Shown piece after piece: positions 20,284 to 29,882 of a DNA stretch of 64,000 bases. The notes beneath the pieces were generated by a model. It saw nothing but the letters and a program-made list of their open reading frames with translations. It made no database searches and was not told the DNA's origin. Numbering within the stretch: position 1 is the stretch's first letter; each line of letters opens with the position of its first letter. The stretch lies in the IMG/VR virus record IMGVR_UViG_3300031998_000058, positions 8,321 to 72,320 of that record; one strand, given 5' to 3'. Origin of the DNA: a virus (taxonomy: Duplodnaviria > Caudoviricetes). A program made the translations under genes and the position numbers.

Positions 20284-20676
20284 TTATTCTGAGCTTTCAC
20301 GCTGTAAAATAAGTAAAACATCTGTAAGTCCCTGTTCAAAGGATATATCTATTGAAGAACCGTAAAAAACTGACTGTATGACTGAAAAAGTTACTTGATA
20401 CTCTTGTTCGTCGAAATCATCACCTTCCATTCTTAGAGGCACACTATACGTATCCTCCGCGTAGCTTGTTGCGATACCTACATCGTTATAAAGTTCACCA
20501 TTCAGGTATCCAATTCCATAAACCCACATAGGTTTATCTGTTAAAATCGTAACGCCCGGCAATTCCACAAATTTACCAGAATAATCCTCTGATGTGAAAT
20601 GTAAGACAACTAAATTAGGGCTGTCTATACCCCCCCCTTTTTTTTGAGTCACAGTTGTAGTCATATTGAATATCAT
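20284..20676 (-). CDS. Small hypothetical fibre/decoration-cluster protein with an in-frame A8-G8 tract
   Basis: MIFNMTTTVTQKKGGG...; A8G8 at 20630-20645. Confidence 0.7.
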   Translation of the reverse strand: MIFNMTTTVTQKKGGGIDSPNLVVLHFTSEDYSGKFVELPGVTILTDKPMWVYGIGYLNGELYNDVGIATSYAEDTYSVPLRMEGDDFDEQEYQVTFSVIQSVFYGSSIDISFEQGLTDVLLILQRESSE

Positions 20677-20689
20677 ATATGCCTCCTTA

Positions 20690-20977
20690 TCAATCCCTGC
20701 TCCATGTCACTGTTATATCCGAACTTGGCATTTCGTAAAAATCATAAAAGATCATATCATAGAGCGATTTAATCGGATTTAATGTGTCACCTCCGGCAGT
20801 AACAGTCGCAGTTCCACGTGCATAAGTGACTACAATGATAGTACCGGCCTCCTCTTGAGTTAACGTCGTTTCGAAATCTCTGATGGAAAGAATTCCTACT
20901 GACCCAGATTTTGCTATGTTGTAGAGCGTCCCTCCGCCCCCGCCGCTATTAGTCTCGCTCAAATTAAAAATTGCCAT
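20690..20977 (-). CDS. Small InlB-B-repeat-like (Flg_new_2-like) protein
   Basis: MAIFN...GGGGG leader; EEAGTIIVVT...FYEMPSSDITVT. Confidence 0.6.
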   Translation of the reverse strand: MAIFNLSETNSGGGGGTLYNIAKSGSVGILSIRDFETTLTQEEAGTIIVVTYARGTATVTAGGDTLNPIKSLYDMIFYDFYEMPSSDITVTWSRD

Positions 20978-21038
20978 AGTTACCTCCTAAGAACCTGCCA
21001 CGGTGTTACCCGTAGCAGGAAATAATCGTTTTGTGTTG

Positions 21039-21274
21039 TTAACTTTTTCCTGCGCTTACAAATACATCATAATCTGGCATTGTAAACGTCCATGTGTCCC
21101 CAGTAGCGAGTGTTCCGCTGGATGCTATTGTTTGACTGGATGAATTTGTTACCCAAGCAGAACAGTTCCTTATTGCAGTGACTGTTACTATTTCCCCAGC
21201 TACTGCACTTTGTTTATCCAACGCAACATAGCCTGTATTATTATTTGTAATGCTATGAGGGACTAGCTGCTCAG
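21039..21274 (-). other. InlB-B-repeat-like domain lacking its own RBS; joins the 474-aa fibre protein if G9 becomes G8
   Basis: SAVAGEIVTVT...WTFTMPDYDVFVSA; G9 at 21275-21283. Confidence 0.65.
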
Positions 21275-22695
21275 CCCCCCCCCTCAATAATCATCACATT
21301 GACAGCTACAGCAGCCGTGGGAGTTGTTGAGCAGTTAAAGGTAAGCGAATTAGCCGCCTGTGCCGAGCAGTAAACATCCGCTGCCGTGTATACATCCTTG
21401 CTTGCCGGAGCGTATGTAACGATGATTCCTGAGTTCGCAGTAACGCCTGAAACGGTCTTCGTACAAGAGCCGTTAGACCAGTCAGAAGTGGCGATATTTA
21501 CAGTAGCATAGGTAATGGAAACACCACCGGACGCTGCCGCCGCTGCCCATGCTCCGCTGACTACTGTAAGCACCTTGTCATTGTCGGACGATGTTACTGA
21601 CGGAAGTGCCGGGATTGATATATTTCCGCTTCCAAGTAAGCTGGTGCTGTTGATAGTCTTAATATTTGTTCCGCTTACCAGTGTGTCCTGCTTGTCCTCT
21701 ACCATCTCAAGCAGAGACTTTTCTGCCGTCCAATGTGCCTCTGTCCATGACTCTGCCGTGGTAATAGCCGTATTGCACTTATAGATGCCATAACTGTATC
21801 TTACTCTGTCTCCAACAGCGTATGTCTCAGATGAAGAGTAAGCAGGAATATTCGTAATCAAAGTTCCAGCTATCGAGTTCATTGCTTTCGGTGTTAAAGC
21901 TAACGCCTCACTGGTACTGGTTGCCGATGAACTCAGCTTCGTCAGGCCGTAATAAGTAGTCGTAGCAGTTCCTTTTGCACTCATGACAAAATTCGTGCCG
22001 TCATACACAAAGTCAATTACTTCACCTGATACCCAGTAATATCTGTCAGTAGTTGTAGTTCCTACTCTGGCGATGTTAGATGCGCCTGTTCCATCTACGT
22101 TCAGAGTGGCGGTGCCATTATATGAGTTACCGCTGGTCATCTTTATACGAACCATTGCGCCGGTGGTCTTGACAAAATCGCCATTGGTCGTGGTTGCTAC
22201 TTTAGCCGCTGTACCGGCACTGGTAGCACAAGTTGCGTAATATGTCTTATATGATCCAGGTGACTGACAGATATATCTGTAGTAAGTCCCATCATACATA
22301 AAGTAGACGACATTGTTTGCCGCCCACTTACAGAAGTTGGTCGCGCTTGCTACAGCGGAACCAACATAGATTGCCGCCGCACCTGTGGAGTTGATGTTCA
22401 ATGTAGGCGCGGCTGCCGTGTTTGCTGTTGAGAATAATACGCCGATGATCGCTCCCTTTTCTTTGGCGTATCCCGAACAGGTCACGGCTTTTGCCGCTGT
22501 CGATGCCGTTGTGGAGCAGGTTCCGTACCATGTGGTCGTACCGCCAACGGATATGTCCCCTGATCCCAACAGGCTTGTATTATTAATGGTCTTGATATTT
22601 GTGCCGCTGGTCAGAATCGGCTGATAGGTTGCATCAGCTTTATCTTTGATGTCGCCGACCAAATATTCAACACCTGTGTTGTCTATGTATGCCAT
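21271..22695 (-). CDS. Tail fibre/adhesin-like protein
   Basis: Two YxTCxT...AAK...G..F...N...TLN...TGA modules, two SGTNIKTIN.TSLLGSG motifs and a CBM5/12-like YSSSETYAVGDRVRY...W segment. Confidence 0.65.
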   Translation of the reverse strand: MAYIDNTGVEYLVGDIKDKADATYQPILTSGTNIKTINNTSLLGSGDISVGGTTTWYGTCSTTASTAAKAVTCSGYAKEKGAIIGVLFSTANTAAAPTLNINSTGAAAIYVGSAVASATNFCKWAANNVVYFMYDGTYYRYICQSPGSYKTYYATCATSAGTAAKVATTTNGDFVKTTGAMVRIKMTSGNSYNGTATLNVDGTGASNIARVGTTTTDRYYWVSGEVIDFVYDGTNFVMSAKGTATTTYYGLTKLSSSATSTSEALALTPKAMNSIAGTLITNIPAYSSSETYAVGDRVRYSYGIYKCNTAITTAESWTEAHWTAEKSLLEMVEDKQDTLVSGTNIKTINSTSLLGSGNISIPALPSVTSSDNDKVLTVVSGAWAAAAASGGVSITYATVNIATSDWSNGSCTKTVSGVTANSGIIVTYAPASKDVYTAADVYCSAQAANSLTFNCSTTPTAAVAVNVMIIEGGG

Positions 22696-22751
22696 TGCAT
22701 TCCTCCTTTGTTAGAAATGTTTAATTGGCGTGTTGGTTGTATAATGTTGTT

Positions 22752-23026
22752 TTATCTAGGGTCGCTATCAGTAATAGTAATATTGCTTTCTGGCATTTCA
22801 AAATAATATATCCTCTGGTAATCCTGAGGAGCCATAAATCCTGTGTCTACAAATGTCACCTCTGGAACAGATGTAATATCTCCACTCATATCTGCACATA
22901 TATACACGGTATCACCGGCATAGGCCTCAGTGATTATATCGCTTACTTGCCCTCTATCGCCTGGTCTTGATCCGGGCGTAAAACTCGCATAAGCCGTAGT
23001 TCCACTAATCGAGTAGGCTGTCACTG
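22752..23026 (-). other. InlB-B-repeat-like domain; joins the 164-aa protein if G8 becomes G9
   Basis: EAYAGDTVYI...IYYFEMPESNITIT; G8 at 23027-23034. Confidence 0.65.
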
Positions 23027-23515
23027 CCCCCCCCACGCAGAATTGACTGCTGTCGCAATCTCCTGTTCTGTCATGGCGGTCATGCTGGTTCCTACACTCC
23101 CGACATACTGATAATGACTCCCGTCATAAACAAACTCATGCGCTCCGGCTGCCAGAACCTCCGCACTGATTGCCGAAGAGCCACGGTATACCGCCACTGC
23201 GCCAGTGGAATTGACGTTCAGGGTGGGTGAAGCCGCCGTGTTGCCATTACTGAACGTAATGATAATAGACTTGCCTGAAGCCAGCGTGAATCCAGAACAA
23301 GTCACAGTTTTGGCAGCCGTCCCTGCTGCCGTAGTACATGTACCATAATCGGGGCCTCCGCTTGCCGCTGAGATTACCCCGTTGTTGTCAACATTAATCG
23401 TAGTGCCGTCCGGCTGAACCACGCCCAAGCTGGACGTGGTTGCCGGTACAACACGACTATCTTTCAAATCATATGATTGATTGTTTGGGAGGACGATTGC
23501 TTTGATATTCGCCAT
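23021..23515 (-). CDS. Fibre-like protein with one YGTCTT...AAK module
   Basis: MANIKAIVLPN...; the module is homologous to those in 21271-22695; ends AWGGQ* at the G-tract. Confidence 0.65.
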   Translation of the reverse strand: MANIKAIVLPNNQSYDLKDSRVVPATTSSLGVVQPDGTTINVDNNGVISAASGGPDYGTCTTAAGTAAKTVTCSGFTLASGKSIIITFSNGNTAASPTLNVNSTGAVAVYRGSSAISAEVLAAGAHEFVYDGSHYQYVGSVGTSMTAMTEQEIATAVNSAWGGQ

Positions 23516-23553
23516 GATTCCCTCCTAATATAGTCTGTGTGATGTGTAGTAAA

Positions 23554-24930
23554 TTATTCGCTATCGGGTGTAACCGTGATCTTAGCCGCAGAGCCGGAGA
23601 AGGTTGCCGCAGACGGTACAGTAATGTTGCCGGTTTCCAGTCTGACCGCAGAACCAGAGAAGGAAGCAGCAGAAGGAACAGCAATAGCTCCAGTTTCGAG
23701 ACGTACACCAGTGCCGCTGAAGGAAGCGGAAGCCGGTACGCTGATGTTTCCGGTGACAAGCCTTGCGCCAGTACCAGAGAAGGAAGCTGCGGACGGAACA
23801 CTGATGTTGCCAGTCTCAAGCCTTACAGCAGAACCTGAGAAGGAACCAGCTGTCGGAAGGTCGAACGCAGCATTCGCCAGGGTCATGTAATCGCCAGCGA
23901 ACTCGTAAGCAGCATCGCCAGTCTTAACAGTGACATCAGTTGCAGTGATGGAATCGCCAGTGGTGAATCCAAGCTGATAGAACGTAAGGACTTCATCAGC
24001 TACATTGTAGTAGGTGATGGCATTGTCCGGAGCAGAAGCAGTCGGAGCCGCCGCTACTACGCTCTTGGCTACAGTGACAGCAGACGGATTGTGGATCGTG
24101 GATGTAGCGCCTGCGCTTGCAGTGGAAATAGTACCTGCGCACTGGAAGGTGTGAGCCGCAGATGTGCCAGCCGAAGCAGTGATGGCCGGAGCTGTGCTGG
24201 AAGTCGTGAAGGATACAGTACCAGCAGGTGTGTAAGTAGCATCTCCAGAATCAGCTACAGAGACAGCAGCCTTTCTGCCTTCTTCTGTCAGAGTTATGGA
24301 GCCAGCAGGTGTGTAGGTCGCATCTCCTGAAGAAGCAGCCGATACGGTCGCAGTCCTTGCTTCCTCTGTCAGAGTGATCGAACCTGCGGGAGTGTAGGTC
24401 GCTGCACCAGAAGCTGCGGGGCTGACCGCTGCACTTCTGTTTTCCTCGGTAAGAGTGATGGAACCAGCCGGTGTATAAGTAGCTTCACCGGTAGCTGCCT
24501 GACTGACCGCTACAGTCTCAGTGCCATTGGTAAGAGTAATCGTACCGGCAGGAGTGTAGTTCGCAGATGCAGTATCGACATAAGCCATGTCGCCAAGATC
24601 AGACAGGTCGATAGCTGTGGTTCCTAATTTCTCCCAGGAGTAGTTGTTGCCAACTTTTACAGTGATGTACTCATCATATACGTTGTTCTCACGATCCTCG
24701 CCGGGAACAAGATAGATGGTGTACATTGTGGCGGACGAAGCTACCAGAGTACCAGTGATGGTCGTAGCGCCGTCTTTCCATGTAACATCTTTCGGGGTCG
24801 TGGCAGCATCGGTACTGATAAGGTACTCAAACGAGTTTAAGCTCTCTATAGCTGACCGTGCGACTTCATCCTTGATGTCATAGGTTACGCCATTAGGCAT
24901 CGTAATTTGTTTGATTGTGGGATTAGCCAT
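23554..24930 (-). CDS. Repetitive Ala/Thr/Ser-rich fibre or collar protein
   Basis: Start MANPTIK with GAAAGGAG RBS. Four 27-aa ATYTPAG repeats and four 20-aa SFSG..RL.TG.I.VP repeats. Confidence 0.65.
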   Translation of the reverse strand: MANPTIKQITMPNGVTYDIKDEVARSAIESLNSFEYLISTDAATTPKDVTWKDGATTITGTLVASSATMYTIYLVPGEDRENNVYDEYITVKVGNNYSWEKLGTTAIDLSDLGDMAYVDTASANYTPAGTITLTNGTETVAVSQAATGEATYTPAGSITLTEENRSAAVSPAASGAATYTPAGSITLTEEARTATVSAASSGDATYTPAGSITLTEEGRKAAVSVADSGDATYTPAGTVSFTTSSTAPAITASAGTSAAHTFQCAGTISTASAGATSTIHNPSAVTVAKSVVAAAPTASAPDNAITYYNVADEVLTFYQLGFTTGDSITATDVTVKTGDAAYEFAGDYMTLANAAFDLPTAGSFSGSAVRLETGNISVPSAASFSGTGARLVTGNISVPASASFSGTGVRLETGAIAVPSAASFSGSAVRLETGNITVPSAATFSGSAAKITVTPDSE

Positions 24931-24951
24931 TGTTAACAGTTCTCCTTTCAA

Positions 24952-25464
24952 TTAAAGATTGTTTTGAAATATTAGTGTTTCCGATTCGCATGAAACGGCG
25001 AGTCGCTCATTCCAGATTGCTTTTTCTTCAGGTGTAACGTGGATTGACATATCGTTGATATGAATGCCCAATCTCTCTTCCACCAGCTCGATAGCTTCCG
25101 CCATGGATACCTTGACTACATCTGTTCCTGTCCACGATCCTGTATGGTTGTTCTTGAACCGATACAAATCGTCTTCATAGATTACGTAGTCCCCCGCCTT
25201 ATACGACAAGGTGCTATCGAACTCAGGCGCAATCATGTCCTGCGTTTTTGCTAACTCTTCTACGATTTCCCCTGTGGATGATGCCTTCATCCAGCAATCT
25301 TCGTCCCATGGACCGGTTGTGGATTTGGTGCATATATAAAGCTCATCGTCATAGATGCAGTATTCACCAGGCTTATAGCTTTTGCTCGGATCATAGTCTT
25401 CCGCCGATGGTGAGCCGCCCCCGCCAGACAAGGCTTTTATTAAGATATAATCTGTTACTTTCAT
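24952..25464 (-). CDS. Protein with two CBM5/12-like carbohydrate-binding motifs
   Basis: YDPSKSYKPGEYCIYDDELY..W and FDSTLSYKAGDYVIYEDDLY..W. Confidence 0.6.
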   Translation of the reverse strand: MKVTDYILIKALSGGGGSPSAEDYDPSKSYKPGEYCIYDDELYICTKSTTGPWDEDCWMKASSTGEIVEELAKTQDMIAPEFDSTLSYKAGDYVIYEDDLYRFKNNHTGSWTGTDVVKVSMAEAIELVEERLGIHINDMSIHVTPEEKAIWNERLAVSCESETLIFQNNL

Positions 25465-25488
25465 CTATAGTCTCCTTCGCAGTGGCGC

Positions 25489-25656
25489 TTATCCGAGTTC
25501 GAGCCATCGTTCGTTCTCTTCATCCCAAGCAAAAATCTTTTGGGTATCCATTTCGACAAATGTGCTACCGTTTCTTATATTTCCTGTAGGCTTATCATCC
25601 GTGCTGAGTCCTACAAACTCATCTGTTAAATGTCCATCTTCTGTGACCATGACCAT
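25489..25656 (-). CDS. Small hypothetical structural protein
   Basis: MVMVTEDG...GLSTDDKP...NGSTFVEMDTQKIFAWDE; GAAAGGAG RBS. Confidence 0.6.
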   Translation of the reverse strand: MVMVTEDGHLTDEFVGLSTDDKPTGNIRNGSTFVEMDTQKIFAWDEENERWLELG

Positions 25657-25679
25657 GCTCCTTTCTGAAAACTTGTTGT

Positions 25680-27002
25680 TTAGATTCCTTCTAACCAAAG
25701 CGTATGAGATACGCTGTGTTCTCCATATGATGCTGTTATCGTTAATGGCGTTACGCTTCCACCCCAGCATGTCACGGCCGCTTGATTGGGATATTCGGCA
25801 ATCGTATATGCTTCTTCATCCGCACCATTTGCTGTCCATGTGATTGCCTGTTCTGTTGCCCGTCCTTCTTCGTAGTAATAAGCCTCAAATGTGATTGAGC
25901 TGCCATACGGCAAACGTCCCGGATAACTATTCAGAAACGCTACATGAGGATCCGCATCAATTCCTTCTACATTAACAGTGAAATTAATGTTCCGGTCGGG
26001 ATTCTGATCCAGTATGACTCTGATCGTTGCGATTCCTTCGCCTACCGCAGTCACATTCCCTTCCGCGTCAACAGTCAGAACGCTTTCATCGCTGCTCTCC
26101 CACGAATAACTTACCGGGTGTTCTTCCGTTGAAGAAACTTCCTCCGTCTCGCCCAGGTAGCTTCTGGTACTGCGTGCCATAAACTGTTCTGTATCTCCCA
26201 CTGTCAAAGTACTGCTGCCAAGGACATTTATGTCCCAAGCAAATGTCTTGCCTCCGGCCACGCGGTTGACCATATCATCCGTGTTGTCGTTTGGCTCGTC
26301 GTATCTAAGTGCAAATTCCATCAATCCGACGGAATCGTCTTCAAAAGTGAATTCAGCCTGAAAGTCCGAAAAGCCTGTAAGCATATATGCCGATGAGCCG
26401 AGAATGATCCTGCTGTTATGGAACAGTTGTTTTGTCGCTGCATTGGATTGGATCGCTGCAGGGAAATATCCTTTCGTGATCATGGTTGATCTCTGTGAAT
26501 CCGGAGTGCTGGCCCTCATCATGTCAAGGTTCACGGCCAACGGTTCCCTGCAAAGATTTCCGTAATAGTCCAGGTAATTCCAAGTGGTATCGCATCTTCT
26601 GACAACAGCTGTCCCGCCATCCCCCATGTTTCTCGGGTCATCTACCAGCCAAACGCTTCCCAGCGCAATAATCTTTGCCCCTTTCCGCAGATACTCATAT
26701 TGACGTTCTGCTATTAGGATCCGTTTATGATCATCGGCTGTAGATGTAAGCGTTGCGTTACTTACGATATCCGTGAACCGCAGATGAACTTTCGTATATT
26801 CAAACGGTTCTTCCGGGTTTAATCCCTGGACTTCTGCCTCAACGTAATTGCTGGAGTATTTTGCTTTTTCCTGTATGAATGTTCTTGTCTCCGGGGCGTT
26901 ATATTCCTTTTGCTTACCGCTGTATTGTTTTGGACGATAGCTCCTATAAGAAAGAGAGGCGCTGTTTATTATTCTTGTTTTAGCAAGTTCATCTTTGAGC
27001 AC
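25680..27002 (-). CDS. Structural (neck/head-closure-like) protein with an Ig-like domain
   Basis: GTG start with AAGGAGG; Big_2-like segment SWESSDESVLTVDAEGNVTAVGEGIATI. Confidence 0.55.
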   Translation of the reverse strand: MLKDELAKTRIINSASLSYRSYRPKQYSGKQKEYNAPETRTFIQEKAKYSSNYVEAEVQGLNPEEPFEYTKVHLRFTDIVSNATLTSTADDHKRILIAERQYEYLRKGAKIIALGSVWLVDDPRNMGDGGTAVVRRCDTTWNYLDYYGNLCREPLAVNLDMMRASTPDSQRSTMITKGYFPAAIQSNAATKQLFHNSRIILGSSAYMLTGFSDFQAEFTFEDDSVGLMEFALRYDEPNDNTDDMVNRVAGGKTFAWDINVLGSSTLTVGDTEQFMARSTRSYLGETEEVSSTEEHPVSYSWESSDESVLTVDAEGNVTAVGEGIATIRVILDQNPDRNINFTVNVEGIDADPHVAFLNSYPGRLPYGSSITFEAYYYEEGRATEQAITWTANGADEEAYTIAEYPNQAAVTCWGGSVTPLTITASYGEHSVSHTLWLEGI

Positions 27003-27024
27003 AGCTATCCCCTCCTTCCACTTC

Positions 27025-27729
27025 TTATATCAACGTCTTTGCACTTGTTTTAAGAGTTACTGGCATGATCCGGTTGTATGCAACATCCTGTTCGTATTTT
27101 CGCAGTTCAGCATTGAACGTCTGGATCTTTGTCTGAACCTTGTCGCTCAACTTGGCCGTATAAGTAGACTCGTTAACAGTGCTATAGTTCGAGTCGTGAA
27201 TCTTCGGCGTCTGATTGAGCCAGTTATTATCGAACCGGTCGTACCATACAAGCGTTACAGCTTGTCCGAACAGCCTGAGCATTGACAGGGTAAGGTCCGC
27301 AAACGATCCATCCGTATAAACGAATATCTCGTATTGCGCACCAACCTGTGTCTGGACCGTGAACGTGATGTCTCCCGTCTCTGCATCGTATGAAAAGTCT
27401 TCGTATGGAATTGCATACGTACCATCTTCCGAACGCAAGACGACCGAGCACAGCTCATATCCAATAAGCCCTGTGTGTACTACGGTCTCCTCGGTGAGGC
27501 TCTCGTCTGTTGCGGTCCATTCCGCCGAATCGAATTTGGCTTCTATGTAATTACTGTTGATATAATCAAACAGCTCAGGCGGACGATTGAGTAATGGCAT
27601 GGCAGCAGAAACATAAGCGCTCATCGTTCTGTAAAACGCAGCCGGATTTACGTTTAGTTCTTCGGTCAGCCGAATATCATCGATGTATATCATGGCTTGG
27701 CTGATTACTTCTGATACTGTCGTTGCCAT
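27025..27729 (-). CDS. Putative head-tail connector protein
   Basis: 234-aa ORF; assigned by position only. Confidence 0.35.
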   Translation of the reverse strand: MATTVSEVISQAMIYIDDIRLTEELNVNPAAFYRTMSAYVSAAMPLLNRPPELFDYINSNYIEAKFDSAEWTATDESLTEETVVHTGLIGYELCSVVLRSEDGTYAIPYEDFSYDAETGDITFTVQTQVGAQYEIFVYTDGSFADLTLSMLRLFGQAVTLVWYDRFDNNWLNQTPKIHDSNYSTVNESTYTAKLSDKVQTKIQTFNAELRKYEQDVAYNRIMPVTLKTSAKTLI

Positions 27730-27749
27730 TTTGTTACTCCTGTTCTTGA

Positions 27750-28730
27750 TTAAAAGCCGATCAGCTTCTTAAAGGTCGTCGGGCCACAAACACCATCCAC
27801 GGCAATTTTCTTTTTCTTCTGGAACGCACGAACCGACGCTTCCGTAGCACGACCGTATGACTGGTCGCACACGCCCTGGTAATAACCATCAGCACTCAGC
27901 AGTTCCTGTGCCAGATATACGTAGATGTTCTTATCTCCAGCCTGTACCTGATGCACGACCTTCGGATTTCCTGCTATGCCAAGGATGTTCGTCCATGTAG
28001 CGGAATCGCATTCACCAGTGACCTTCAGTTTTCCGCCATGGTCTTTGATATACTGCTGATACTTTATGACTGCCTTGATCGTGAGGTCTCCGTAGCTTCC
28101 GTCAATCTTCTTCTGCGGATACATACCTCTGCTGCATAGCAGTCTCTGTAACAGCTTGACCTTCTTCCCCTGGCTTCCACCTTTGATCTTCGATACTTTG
28201 AAACTGTGCGTATCATCCGGTTCCGGCTCTCCCCATCTGCAAGAGGATGTGTATAAGCAGCAGATATTTCCTGCGAAATCGCTGAACGGATGCCATCCTG
28301 TTCTAACGGTCGATGCCGGATCATACACAAGATACTGGTCTGTGTTTGCATCGTATCCGACAACCGCAATGTAGTGGCCGCTCGTCGTCCACATGGGACT
28401 GACTACGTTATGCATCAGGAGTACACCTTCGCATCCGCTTTTGATCACGTTCTTCCACTGTTCGAATATGGAGCAGTCATACGTACCGTCCATACTGGAT
28501 CCAAGCATCTTTCCGTCTTTGCCATAAGCGGCAAGCGCAGCATTGATGCCTCCCCAATATGTTCCGTGACCATCCGTAGTGGCATAGCCATTAGCGGTCA
28601 TCCAGTCAGCCACCGTAAGTGGAGAGATTTCCAGAAGGTCTGCTACGGAAGTAGGTCCGCATCCTTGAGAAGCAAATGACCCTCCACAATATGTAGCGTT
28701 GTAGTTATATTGTTTGTAATCACAAGACAT
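27750..28730 (-). CDS. Endolysin: C39-like cysteine peptidase plus two peptidoglycan-binding domains
   Basis: QGCGPTS (catalytic Cys), TSGHYIAV (His), two LQ..L...G...G.YG..T..AV..FQ PG_binding_1-like repeats; next to a holin. Confidence 0.8.
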   Translation of the reverse strand: MSCDYKQYNYNATYCGGSFASQGCGPTSVADLLEISPLTVADWMTANGYATTDGHGTYWGGINAALAAYGKDGKMLGSSMDGTYDCSIFEQWKNVIKSGCEGVLLMHNVVSPMWTTSGHYIAVVGYDANTDQYLVYDPASTVRTGWHPFSDFAGNICCLYTSSCRWGEPEPDDTHSFKVSKIKGGSQGKKVKLLQRLLCSRGMYPQKKIDGSYGDLTIKAVIKYQQYIKDHGGKLKVTGECDSATWTNILGIAGNPKVVHQVQAGDKNIYVYLAQELLSADGYYQGVCDQSYGRATEASVRAFQKKKKIAVDGVCGPTTFKKLIGF

Positions 28731-29009
28731 TTACTGTCCCTCCGTTTTCTTAGTCTCTTTAGCAGCCAGACGTTCTTCTTTCATAACGGCATCGCCTTTT
28801 AGCGCCGCTTTCGTATAGCTGTTGTTAAACCAGAAGGTAACTACAGACGTAACGATCAAGAAGAGTGTGCTTACCAGTTCGGATACCGTTGCTTCTTCGA
28901 ACGGAAGTATAGGTTTTCCGGCTGCGGTCAGTGCCTGATTGATGATCGCAATGATCAGAACGACTGTTCTCGCTATGGTTGCACCGGTAATCTTATATTC
29001 TCCCTGCAT
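28731..29009 (-). CDS. Holin, SPP1 family
   Basis: TIARTVVLIIAIINQAL...WFNNSYTKAA..GD. Confidence 0.85.
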   Translation of the reverse strand: MQGEYKITGATIARTVVLIIAIINQALTAAGKPILPFEEATVSELVSTLFLIVTSVVTFWFNNSYTKAALKGDAVMKEERLAAKETKKTEGQ

Positions 29010-29025
29010 TCCAACTCCTTCCCGA

Positions 29026-29763
29026 TTACTCGATCAGATCCTGTTTGTTCATCCCCTCAAGAATCGCCTTGAACCCAGGCTGCGGAGCAATCTTATTCAT
29101 TTTCACGACGACATCCCTTGATACCTTTCTTTTGGTTTCGGGATTCATCCATGATTCGTAATAAACTTTGGCAACAACCTTTTTGCTGGCGTCACACAGA
29201 TCGGTATATATGTTTACAATGTCATCTGAGCATTCGAGCATGCGTGTGAAGACCTGTTTATCAAGGACTTCACCGGGTTTATAATTGACTCCGTACATCT
29301 CCCGTTCTTCATCTGTGAATCCGCCAAGAACGATCAACCATCTGTCTTTAATGAAGTCTCTCGTCATGGAATCAAGGATCCTCGACAGGTCGTTCTTCGG
29401 AACGCTGAAGTTTCCAACCTTTCCGGTGATTTTTCCATACTCGCCTCGTTCTCCAATGAGAAGCTCGTTCTCGTCTGCGACCGGTGCCAGCCATAAAAAG
29501 TCAACTCTTTCCCTGTCCTGGCTCACAAAGATAGTCTGCGGAACTGTATTCACCTGTGTTTTGAGCTGATTCATCTGCTCCTGAAGCATGTTGTTCTGCT
29601 CTTGTGACATCTCGAACTGTTTCTGCAGCATCTCGTTCTGTTTCTTCAGTTCTTCCAATAGCGCATTCTGTTTCTGCTCATCGGTTGTTGTAACCTCAGT
29701 TTTCGCCGGTTCCGCTTTTGCGGTCTGGTTAACTTCATTCTTCTTTGTTGATCTGGTTGCCAT
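29026..29763 (-). CDS. Hypothetical head-module protein with coiled-coil N-terminus
   Basis: Start MATRST with AAAGGAG RBS, immediately after the capsid gene. Confidence 0.55.
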   Translation of the reverse strand: MATRSTKKNEVNQTAKAEPAKTEVTTTDEQKQNALLEELKKQNEMLQKQFEMSQEQNNMLQEQMNQLKTQVNTVPQTIFVSQDRERVDFLWLAPVADENELLIGERGEYGKITGKVGNFSVPKNDLSRILDSMTRDFIKDRWLIVLGGFTDEEREMYGVNYKPGEVLDKQVFTRMLECSDDIVNIYTDLCDASKKVVAKVYYESWMNPETKRKVSRDVVVKMNKIAPQPGFKAILEGMNKQDLIE

Positions 29764-29882
29764 AAGTGATATCTCCTTTCTATCCTCTTTTCTCGATATC
29801 ATTATTCAAACGGCTGTGGGGAGGGCTTGCACCTCCCCTGCGAAATATCTCCAGCCCTATTTCAGGAGGTCTATGAATACGA

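Noticed and set aside
12379-25464. Shufflon or invertible tail-fibre locus
   Set aside because: All genes are co-oriented, the repeats are direct rather than inverted, and no serine or tyrosine invertase lies nearby.
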